The translations under genes and the position numbers were made by a program. From Eledone cirrhosa (lineage: Eukaryota), in assembly GCA_964016885.1 (NCBI GenBank), contig OZ024740.1:227726001-227790000 (forward strand): a stretch of 64,000 nucleotides of DNA. The letters run 5' to 3'. The notes beneath the pieces are model-generated. The model was not told where the DNA came from. It saw only the letters and a program-made list of their open reading frames with translations, and searched no databases. This document shows positions 53,871 to 64,000 of the stretch, in pieces (positions within the stretch are counted from its first letter, which is position 1; every line of letters begins with the position of its first letter).

Positions 53871-54013
53871 TTAATTGATCCAAAGAACATCTATTTTATT
53901 AATATTCGTATTTTAATATTAATAACTCTGGAAAATATTGTTCTGTAGAGTGCTTCCAATCTACTGTAATGAACTCATTCAATCTTGTTTAACTCTTTTA
54001 TATATATATATAT

Positions 54014-54049
<36 letters not shown>

Positions 54050-54197
54050 ATGCTTTGGGAGGGTCATGTTGCCAATAAGAAACACACGCACCAGTTGCTT
54101 TCACTCCAATTTATTATAAGTTAACTTTATAAATTTAAGAATTTATAAATTTCCGGTTGGTTGGTTGGTTCCACAACCGGACAGTTGTTCATATATT

Positions 54198-54240
54198 GTC
54201 AAAGCTCTTTCGTCACACATTCTGTGACCTCTTCAGTGAC
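54198..54240 (-). ncRNA. Minimal type I hammerhead ribozyme
   Basis: GTCA-CTGAAGA-G-GTCACA-GAATG-TGTGAC-GAAA-GAGC-TT|TGAC: core, 6-bp stem II, 4-bp stem I. Confidence 0.65.
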
Positions 54241-54303
54241 TGGGGATTCTTTTCTTTGTTTTTGTGCCTCTCCTTTGTTCTGTCCTACGCCATATATATA
54301 TAT

Positions 54304-54503
54304 ATAGGAACAAGTATGACCCCGACGGCAGAGCTCAAGCCGTTTCGACGGCTATTTCTGGACTAGTCCAGAAATAGCCATCGAAACGGCTTGAGATCTG
54401 CCGTCAGGGTCATACTTGTTCCTATTACCCACTCTACTACCCTAAGTATTGAGTACTTTGGTGCATTATTGTCCATCTGGTTCCTTACCACAATTCCTTT
54501 GTT
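54304..54503 (+). mobile_element. 122-bp spacerless palindrome plus tail, inserted in a TA tract
   Basis: 54304-54425 is symmetric about GACT|AGTC with 3 mismatches; the tail contains GTATTGAGTACTT. Confidence 0.7.
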
Positions 54504-55020
54504 ATATATATATATATATGGGATTTGCACCTAGAAAGTTCTCCTCGGAGGCAGATGTCTGAATAAGGTTGTTTGTGGAAGACCAGCGGTCATCCGTGCA
54601 TACTGGTTTTCCCTCCACACGCCACCAATGTTGTCCAAAGGAAAGGCAATAGCCAACAGCTTGACACCAGTTACGTCACAACTCATTTCTACAGCTGAGT
54701 AAACTGGAGCAATGTGAAATAAAGTGTCTTGCTAAAAAAAACAATGCATTGTTGGGAATCGAACTCACAACCTAATGGTTGCAAACCAATGCTTTAACCA
54801 CTAGGACATGCACCTTCATTTTTATATATATATAGTTATACTTGGGGAGGGTCATATTGTTGTAATAATATTGCCAGAAATAATAACAGAACACACTCAC
54901 TGTTTGGTTGGTGTTCACTTCTGTATCTTTTATATCTCCATAGTTAATTTATTTGGCAATCAATGTTTATCATTGATTGACCAACGGTTAAAAATACTGA
55001 TATAAATATATATATAGTCT

Positions 55021-55062
55021 ATCAAAGTTCTTTCGTTGCACATCTGCAACATCATCAGTGGT
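55021..55062 (-). ncRNA. Minimal type I hammerhead ribozyme
   Basis: ACCA-CTGATGA-T-GTTGCA-GATG-TGCAAC-GAAA-GAAC-TT|TGAT; stem II covaries with 54198-54240. Confidence 0.62.
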
Positions 55063-55565
55063 ACTATTATTATGTTCCCTCCTATTGTATTGTAATGTCT
55101 ACGCCATTTTTGTTCTATTTATTTATTTATTTCTTCTTGTCTCCATCTCTGCGTATGCATTTACGTGTGTGTATATATGTATGTATTGTATTTTTTTCAT
55201 ATTGACATCGTTTAGAGCAACTGGTAACATATTTCCTGTAGCTAACAAATTTGATGAAGGTGAATAGTATACACCATACTTTAAAATAAGGTGTTTGACA
55301 TCAGGAAAGGCAACCAATCATAAAACATTTTGTCCAACCCATGCCAGCATGGAAAAGGTGAATGTAAAAATAGTGTAGGGTTGTATAACAATCAGAGACA
55401 TCAATTTCAACCTTGTTGGTTACCATCAGCTTAGAACAGGTGTATTTCAACCAATTTTCTAAGCTATTGTTTATAGCAATCAACTGTTGTTACAGTTACT
55501 GCCTCAGAGATTCACCCCATACTCCAATAATTTAGATTATTTATTATTATTATTATTATTATTAA

Positions 55566-56048
55566 GGGCAGTGGATTGACAGTATCGGTAGAGGGTCAGA
55601 CGCCATGCTTTGCAGCACAGAGTTACGGTCCTTTACGATCTGAGTTCAAATCCCGCCGAGGTTAACTTTACCTTTCATCCTTACGGGGTCGATAAAATAA
55701 AGTACCAGTAATGTACTGGGTATTTGCTGGCCTTGTGCCAAAAGTAGAAACATTATTATTATTATTATCACAAGGGGCGGTGGATTGACAGTATCGGTAG
55801 AGGGTCAGACGCCATGCTTTGCAGCACAGAGTTACGGCCCTTTATGATCTGAGTTCAAATCCCGCCGAGGTTAACTTTGCCTTTCATCCTTACGGGGTTG
55901 ATAAAATAAAGTACCAGTCACGCACTGGGGTCAATTTAATCGACTTTCCCCTCCCCCAAAATTGCTGGCCTTGTGCCTATATAAGAAACAATTATTATTA
56001 TTATCACTAGATGAGGACGACATTTTCTCCTCCTTTCTGTCACATATA

Positions 56049-56081
<33 letters not shown>

Positions 56082-57210
56082 AACAACTGACGTTCTTTTT
56101 TTCTCTTTATGTACATCTCTTTCACTTGGTGCTCCCCCCTCTCTGTATATAGATAAGAGCGACGTCCTAACTTTCTGTCTACCTCTTTCTATCACTCGAA
56201 AACACACAGCATTCCCTTTACTCTCTCTATCTATGTACAGCTCTCTCGCTTGATGCAACCCCTCTCTCTAAAGTGAACATGACAGGCGGAAGGACATACA
56301 GATAACGCTGTTATTATAATATACATCATTAAATCTACAAGAGGGCGGTATCGGTAGAGCGTCAGACAACATGCCTTGTGGCATGTAATTACATCCCCTT
56401 TATGTTCTGAGTTCAAATTCTGTTGAGGTTAGTTTTGACTTTCATCCTTACGGGGGTCAGTAAAATAAAAGTACCAGTAATGCACTGGGGTTGATTTAAT
56501 CTACTTCCCCCTCCCCCAAAACCAAAATTGCTAGTCCTGTGCCTAAAGTAGAAACAATTACTATTATTAACCCTTTAGCATTTAAACCGGCCGTATCCGG
56601 CTAGAATTCCCTCACCTCTTTCTGTTCAAACTGGCTGTAACTAGCTGCTCATACTGATGTTAAAGTATTGTTCTCAAAATAAATATCAGAATCTCATAGG
56701 TTCCATATTATGTGAGATAATTATGTAAGATAAAGCATTTAGCACAAAAATACAATAGTATATATAGACTATTATAAATGCTAAAGGGTTAAATCTACCA
56801 CAGAGCAGTGGAATGGCAGAGTTAGAGCATGAGACAACATACTTTGCAGCATAGTTATGGTCCTATACATTCTTATTTCAAATCCCTCTGAGGTTAGCTT
56901 TGCCTTTCATCCTTAGGGGTTCGATAAAATAAAGTACCAGTAACACAAGGGGTCGATTTAATCAACTTTGCCCTCCCCCAGAATTATTGGTCTTGTGCCT
57001 AAATTGGAAACCATTATTACGGTGGATTGGCAGTATCGGTAGAGGATCGGACGCCATGTTTTGACGCAGAGTTACGGCCCTTGCCAATCTGAGTTCAAAT
57101 CCCGCCGAGGTTAACTTTGCCTTTCATCCTTACGGGATCGATAAAATAAAGTACCAGTAATGCGTTGAGTAATTGCTGGCCTTGTGCCAAAAGTAGAAAC
57201 AATTATTACT
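55566..57210 (+). mobile_element. Five same-orientation tRNA-SINE copies (55566, 55773, 56340, 56800, 57021)
   Basis: Each has a GTGGATTG(A/G)CAGTATCGGTAGAG-like head, B box GAGTTCAAATCC, core GCCTTTCATCCTTACGGGGTCGATAAAATAAAGTACCAG and (ATT)n tail. Confidence 0.85.
56571..56788. mobile_element. piggyBac-like MITE family A (218 bp, intact ends)
   Basis: Perfect 14-bp TIR CCCTTTAGCATTTA / TAAATGCTAAAGGG with TTAA target duplication on both sides. Confidence 0.88.
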
Positions 57211-57234
57211 AAATCTACAATCTTGTATTAAAAT

Positions 57235-58690
57235 AGGATGGGACTAGGGCCCTTATTAAAACACCTATGAAATCTTCAATGAGGTGTAACCTCATAGAAG
57301 GCCAGCTAAAATGTAAACAACAAATAATAATGAGACTAGGTCAAATTACAGATAAATAGTCTGTGACATTATGTAGTTATACAACATGCACAGAGGTTAA
57401 TGACACTCAATTAGGTCAGCCTCACAATTGGTTTGTCTTGCCAAACCTGCATTCTCGCACACTCTCTTTCCCCTTCTCCCCCTCCCCTCTCACTTTGTCA
57501 TCTCTCTCTCTCTCTCACTCATTGATCACCCCCTCCACCAGAAAGATGAAAGGGAAAGTTAATCCCAATATTTGAATGGTATTTAATTCCTTGTCCCTTA
57601 ACAAAATGAAGGTGAAGTTAATTTAGTTGTCTATAGTGTTTGACTGGTACTTAAAATGATTCTCAAAGAGATGAAAGTTGAAGTTAACTCAAAGTACCAG
57701 TAACATACTTACGTCAATTTAATCAACACTAAAACCACTAGGCCACACACTTTGACTTTGTTAAATCTATCTACTCCAGTAGATGTTTTATTCAAGATGT
57801 TGACTGATAAACAGTCTGTGACCATATGTAATTATATTACATGCATAGGATCTAACAAAGACGTGGCCTTTAATCTGGAGCGTTGAACTCACAAGCATGT
57901 CTAAATATAAGTTTGAAAGCAGAAGCAAAGGAGAAGAGTTCCTGCTAGATCATGTCAAGAAAATCTCCATATAGTTTAAATACACAACAAATCTCTGATA
58001 TCCAATGGCTCAATTTCAGCAGAAGTGTACCCAGCCCCCTTAGAGTGTAAGAGGTTAAGGGCTGAATTGCTTGAGGGGGGTTATTTCTCTGAAGACCTCC
58101 TACTGTCCAACACTCTTGTGAGTTTCTTACCACCATAAGACTGATAGGTGAATCAAACAGAGCATTATGTCCTTGAACATGATTCTTCATTTCACATTGC
58201 TTCAGTCCCCACATCTGAAGGGGAGGATTAGGACCAACTGCAACTTGAGAAGTCTTTCTATGATGGGATTGGGGCCCTTATTAAAACACCTGTGAAATCT
58301 TCAATGAGGTGTAACCTATAGAAGGCCAGCTAAAATGTAAACAACAAATAATAATTACACTAGGTCAAATTACAGATAAATAGTCTGTGACATTATGTAG
58401 TTATACAACATGCACAGAGGCTAATGACACTTAACTAGGTCTGCCTCACAATTGTTTTTTCTTGCCAAACCTGCATTCTCTCCCACACTCCCTTTCTCTT
58501 CCCTCTCTCTCTCTCTCACTCATTGACCTTCCCCCTCCATTAGAAAGATGAAAGGGAAAGTTAATATCAATATTTGAATGGTGTTTAATTCCTTGTCCCT
58601 TAACAAAATGAAGGTGAAGTTAGTTTAGTTGTCTCTAGTGTTTGATTGGTACTTAATATGATTCTCAGAGAGGTTAAAGTTAACCCAGTA
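57235..58690 (+). repeat. Local direct duplication of about 450 bp (57235-57690 and 58260-58690)
   Basis: GGGCCCTTATTAAAACACCT...GAAGGCCAGCTAAAATGTAAAC...AAAATGAAGGTGAAGTT occurs twice about 1.02 kb apart. Confidence 0.85.
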
Positions 58691-58979
58691 TTTATTAAAG
58701 TTAAAGTCTGTTCTAAGTCAAAGGCTCATCAAGCTGATGCTTATCCCAGGTTTCCTTGGTGTCAAGCAACTGAGAGTACAAGACTCTCCCTGGATACAAC
58801 ACCAGTCTATCATAGGATTAACTCCCCATCTATTGCTGGTACTCACTCTCAACTGAGTGTACTGTAACAGTATGAAATAAAGTGTTTTGCTCAAAAACAC
58901 AACACACAACCTGGTCCAGGAATCAAACAGACAACATTATGATCATATGGCAAGCATCCTAACCATTACGCCATATAAT

Positions 58980-59420
58980 TCATTGACCTTGGAAAAATTA
59001 AAATAAACCTGACCCTAGTATTTTAAGAGCTCTTAATTTCTTGGTCTTCATGAAGATAAAAGGTAAAGTTAGCTGATCTCAATATTTCACTAGCACATAA
59101 TTCATTGAGTTCAAAAAGATGAACATAACATTGACCCTAGTATTTGATTAGCATTTGATTATAATCCAATTGACCTTGGAGAAATAAACAGTAAAGTTGA
59201 CTCTAAAATTTGACAAGTAGTTTGTTTAGTCACTGATCTGTGAAAAGATCAAAGTTAGAATTGACCCTAGTACTTGATTAGCATGCATATCTTTGCCCTT
59301 GAAAAAAATGAAAAGTAAAGGTAAGTTGGCCCTAGTATTTGACTAATACTTCATTCATTAATCTCAGAAAGATGTAAGACAAAGTTGACCCCCAACAAAG
59401 TTTTGAACTCAGAAAACCAA
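58980..59420 (-). repeat. Degenerate tandem array (about 60-bp unit) of the SINE core
   Basis: About 7 recurrences of GACCCTAGTATTTGA..AAAGATGAAAGGTAAAGTT, ending in a B-box remnant TTTGAACTCAG. Confidence 0.55.
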
Positions 59421-59879
59421 GGCATTTAATTAAATACTGAAAAGCAGGACACTAAGAATTGTTTCTACTTTTTGGCACAAGACCAGCAATTTGAAGGAAA
59501 AGGGAAAGTCAATTAAATCGACCCCAGTACATTACTAGTACTTTATTTTATCAACCCCATAAGGATGAAAGGCAAAGCTAATCTCAGAGGACACTGATAA
59601 TAAAATTATAAACACCATTACACAAACCAACAATAAAGAAGAAACACAGTACCTACCTGAAGCGTCAGTCACCAAGAGTTAAAGTAAAACTAAACAACAA
59701 TAAATCTAATACTAATAAATCCACTGCAGGGTGTGGTAATTCAGTATTTGTAGTTTATTTTAATTATATATATATATTTCATGTATTGAATTTGTAATTA
59801 ATATCATTGTATTGTATTGAAATTATAACGCCCAATTGCAAACAAGACATGAGGAAATAATAGAATTTGTTAATACATG

Positions 59880-61985
59880 GAATGATAAAGGTGGGGCTTG
59901 CCCTCACAAGTGCGGAGAAGAAAGATGCATGGAAGAGCCATTATGATAGATTACTAAATGAGGAGAATGCATGGGAAGAAGAGACTCTACTCCAAGTAGA
60001 CCCTATAGAGGGGCCAGCAGTACAAGTCAGCAGCAGCGTAGTAAGTAAGGCAATCAAAGATATGAAGATGGGGAAGGCAACCGGTCCATCAGGTATAGCT
60101 GCCGAGATGCTGAAGGCATCTGGGTCTGTAGGTCACACTATAACCACACGTATTGTTAACCAGGTAATACTAGGTGTCATACCAAAAGATTGGTGCAGTA
60201 GCATCATTGTCAACTGCTACAAAGATAAAGGTGATGCACTAGATAGAGGAAACTATAGAGGTATAAAGCTGATGGACCAGGTCATGAAAGTAACAGAAAG
60301 AGTTATAGCACAGTTGATTAGGGACCGGGTGAAACTAGATGAGATGCAATTTGGGTTTGTACCAGGAAGAGGCACCACTGATGCCCTCTTCCTTGTGAGG
60401 CAGTTACAGGAAAAGTACCTAGCTAAAAGTAAGCCACTCTACCTGGCATTCGTCGATCTCGAGAAAGCCTTTGACAGAGTTCCATGTGCTATAATCTGGT
60501 GAGCTCTTAGAAAACTAGGAGTAGATGAATGGCTTGTGAAAGCTGTACAAGCCATGTATAGGGGAGCAGTCAGCAAAGTTAGGATTAGCAATGGGTATAG
60601 CGAGGAATTTAGCGTACAGGTTGGTGTCCACCAGGGCTCTGTTCTTAGACCTCTCCTGTTCATCATAGTCCTGCAGGCAATAACGGAGGAGTTTAAGACC
60701 GGATACCCATGGGAACTCCTGTATGCAGATGACCTCGCACTTATAGCTGAATCTATGGTAGAACTAGAGAAGAAATTCCAAACTTGGAAGCAGGGACTTA
60801 GAAAGAAAGGGTCTCAAAGTCAACATGACAAAGACTAAGGTCCTTGTAAGTAGACGAGAAAACAGAACCCAGATCCCCTCAGGGAAATGGCCTTGCTCAG
60901 TATGTAGGAAAGATGTAGGTAGAAACTCCATTCTCTGCGCCAAATACAAACAATGGGTACACAAGAGATGTAGCGGGATCTCAGGAAGCTTAATTAAGAA
61001 TGTAGACTTCACATGTAGCAGCTGTGCTGGGACAGCAAGCAGCAAACAGCCACAGGAAATAAGTACCACCAATCTCTGGGAGGGCTCTGTAGAAACAGTA
61101 GACAGCTTCTGCTACCTAGGTAACTGAATTAGCAGCGGAGGTGGGTATTCAGAAAGTACAATAACTAGGGTAAGAACGGGATGGAAGAAGTTTAGGGAAC
61201 TACTACCACTGCTAGCTGCAAAAGGCTTCTCCCTCAAAATGAAAGGCAGACTGTATAATGCGTGTATCCGAACAGCAATGTTATATGGTAGTGAGACCTG
61301 GGCGCTGAAGGTGGAAGACTTACGTAGATTAGAAAGAAACGAAGCCTGCATGCTCCAATGGATGTGTAATAGTAATATACGCAAACGGCAAAGCATAAAT
61401 GAATTGAGAGAGACTGAGCATCAGAGGAATCAAATGCTGTGTGCAGGAGAGGCGGTTGCGTTGGTATGGACATGTGATGCGTATGAAGGATGGCAGCTGC
61501 ATAAAAAGGTGCAGAGCACTAGAAGTCAATGAAAGCCACGGAGTGGGGAGACCCAAGAAGACTTGGGATGAGGTGATAGGGGCCGACCTTACCCAGTTGC
61601 ACCTCTCAAAGGCGATGACACACGACCGTGACCTCTGGCGTCACGCAGTAATACAGAGTACCCGACCTCCCATGGGTACAAGCTGAAGCATATAGACAAT
61701 ATGCCCCCACACCCTCCCACTGCAAAGTGGTCGTGGAGGTGCCACAGCAAAAAAGCACCCATGCCAACACTGTAAAGTGGACGTGTAGGCGCCACGGAAA
61801 AAAGCACCCAGCACTCACTGTAAATGAGGGTGGTGTTAGGAAGGGCATCCAGCTGTAGAAACCAAGCCAAAATCAGTTCCTGTATGAGCAAGGCATGGTC
61901 AGCCGACCAGACACTGCTCACAACAGGACAACCCGTCTAACCCATGCTAGCATGGAAGAACGGACGTAAAACGGTGATGATGATG
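59880..61985 (+). mobile_element. 5'-truncated, disrupted RTE-clade LINE (subfamily 2): RT domain, Cys finger, C-terminus, 3' UTR, (GAT)n tail
   Basis: KATGPSGI..NYRGIKL..QFGFVPGRGTTD..FVDLEKAFDRV..GVHQGSVL.P.LF..YADD (60722-60733)..KTK..FCYLG..RWYGHVMR..GRPKKTW; stop at 60500 and several frameshifts. Confidence 0.95.
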
Positions 61986-62389
61986 TTTGTTTTGGTTTTA
62001 CAGTTTAATAAGAAAAGGAGGAGCAGTGTCTATGTCACTGATCCAAATACTTATTACAGAGTGGACTCCACTAAAGATATCAAAAGACCAGGTGATGGTG
62101 GTGTTAAACCAAATGACAGATCCAAGATTAACTGTTTTGATACCAAACCTCCTGAAACTATCCCCTGCTTCTATATTAAAAAATTTTTATTTTAAAGTGT
62201 TTATATTTATCTAATGATCAGATGAGGATTCAGGACCCACCAACATTACTTTTTTTCCAACGAGGATCATGGATATACAGCATCATATAGGTGAGCATTG
62301 GTGCATTTGCCCATGGTCCCTGACCCTCAGTAATGAGGTTGGGAAAGAGACCATATTTATCTAAAAACCTTCCATTATAATGTTTATGT

Positions 62390-62631
62390 AAAGACCTTTT
62401 TGTTACCATATATCTAATGAACAACATTACATATAATTTTGAAATCATGCTGAAGCAATCAGAAATTTCGTAGGATTTAATAATATTACTTTCTCATTGT
62501 TAAGCTGATATTTGGAACATAACTTAAGGTTCTTACATAAAATTACAATCAAAGGTTTTTAGATAAATATATACACTTTAGTATTGTAGAACCTAGGGCA
62601 GTTTCGGTTGGTTTGGAATCAAAAGGGTTAA
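62390..62631 (+). mobile_element. piggyBac-like MITE family B
   Basis: Left end CCTTTTTGTTACCATAT, right end GAATCAAAAGGG-TTAA. Confidence 0.6.
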
Positions 62632-63019
62632 GTTATGTTCCAAACACCAAAATAATAATGAGAGAGGAGAGAGTTAGTTATATTACTAAATTTCTTTAAA
62701 TTCTAGATTATTTTCAAAATTATTTGAAAATAATAGGCTGTCTTTCAATAGAAATACGTAAACAAATATGTTAAGTCTACCAACCATAGTGTAAGTCCCA
62801 CTAGTTAAAGTCAACATGAGCCTAATGGGATATCTACTTATATGAAGTAACCCAAACAAAAGAGAAGTATCAGGTAAAATAGACAGGTAAGACATATAAG
62901 TTCACGTGAACAGATGAAGATTAATCCAAATGATAATAATATCACACACAACCTAAATACCAGGCCTGCATATCTTGCATAGACACAGACATAGACAACA
63001 ACTCCTCTATAAGGATATA

Positions 63020-63200
63020 ATACTTGTTTCTACTTTTGGCACAAAGCCAGCAATTACCCAGTGCATTACTGGTGCTTAATTTTATCGACCCCATAAGATG
63101 AAAGGCAAAGTTAACATGAGCGGGATTTGAACTCAGAGTGTAAAGAGCCATAACTCTATGCTGCAAAGCATGATGTCTGATGCTCTACCGATACTGCCAA
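63020..63200 (-). mobile_element. tRNA-SINE (core family, short variant)
   Basis: Reverse complement of the 55566 and 57021 copies. Confidence 0.8.
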
Positions 63201-63456
63201 TAAACAATAAATAGACATAATCATTACACATCTCAAGGACATAAAACATGATCCTGCTCATGTTTGAACATTCATAATGAAATTCTCCTTCTCACCTCCC
63301 AAAGTTCCTATAAATTTGAAGCCTCATAATTTCTATTCATTTGTCATGTGGACTTCATATATATAACATAACCAGACCTGTATCATAAACACCAGGATTT
63401 CTTTTTCTGGTCTGAAAATACTCCATTTGCAAACCCACCTCTCTCTCTCTCTCTCT

Positions 63457-63496
<40 letters not shown>

Positions 63497-64000
63497 TATA
63501 TGAGATGTCAAGGAAGGCTCAGGCCTTAGCCTTTATGATTGTACCCTGAGCTGATCGATATTGAAACAATTGTAAAATACCAATAAAGTTTATAAATATA
63601 CTGCAATAGTGATTTTGATCTTACTTTTTATATATATAAAGGTTCCAAGTTCAATCTCACTGCATGCTATCTTAGTTGTCTTTTACTATAGTTTTGAGTT
63701 GACCTAAGCCTTGTGAGTGTAATTGGATAGACAGAAACTTTTTGAAGCCCATCCAATAGATTGTACCTGTAATTCAAAGGATCAGCTTTGTCATACATTG
63801 TGTCATGTTTAATCTCTTAATGAATTATTTTAAGGGTGCATGTGTCTGGAGACAGGCTTCTGCCTGCTACTGGTACCATGTAACCCTTACAACCTGCTTC
63901 AGGGCCAAGCAGTTGCTGACTAAACAGACCTTGATCTGTTGGGGAGGGGAAGTGTAACCCCTGGAGCACAAAACAAGAGCTGTAAAAAGGGCAGATGAAC

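Larger units (their letters stand above)
53566..53998. mobile_element. Fold-back element in a TA tract with two divergent hammerhead motifs (Penelope-like pLTR or retrozyme candidate)
   Basis: Near-perfect inverted arms of about 160 bp spanning 53566-53920, a central tandem duplication of about 38 bp, an unpaired 3' tail, and TA runs on both sides. Confidence 0.7.

Noticed and set aside
55566-57210. tRNA genes suggested by A and B boxes
   Set aside because: No cloverleaf; the boxes are SINE heads followed by core and tail.
62002-62091. Possible plus-strand exon FNKKRRSSVYVTDPNTYYRVDSTKDIKRP
   Set aside because: Acceptor abuts an RTE tail, donor GTGATG is weak, no partner exons or recognisable motif.

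Overview
AT-rich, repeat-saturated animal genomic DNA. The SINE, RTE-LINE and microsatellite repertoire strongly suggests an octopod cephalopod (inference from repeat families, not checked). Only one plausible host coding exon is seen (328..38, minus strand, His/Gln-rich). The rest is intronic or intergenic: a 7.1-kb GA-rich satellite, a 4.5-kb TA/TACA array, several 43-49-bp minisatellites, many tRNA-derived SINEs, degenerate RTE LINEs (one with a PHD-type finger after the RT core, one with an inverted endonuclease segment), a CRE-like endonuclease remnant, a non-autonomous Helitron with a Pif1 helicase remnant, and piggyBac-like and Tc2/pogo-like MITEs. The most interesting signal is a set of short non-coding inserts, mostly within (TA)n tracts, that variously show fold-back palindromes, minimal type I hammerhead ribozyme motifs (one family shows stem II covariation) and a shared tail motif. 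These are probably Penelope-like or retrozyme-like retroelements. Nearly all long ORFs in the ORF track are repeat artefacts. Coordinates were read by eye and may be off by a few bases.
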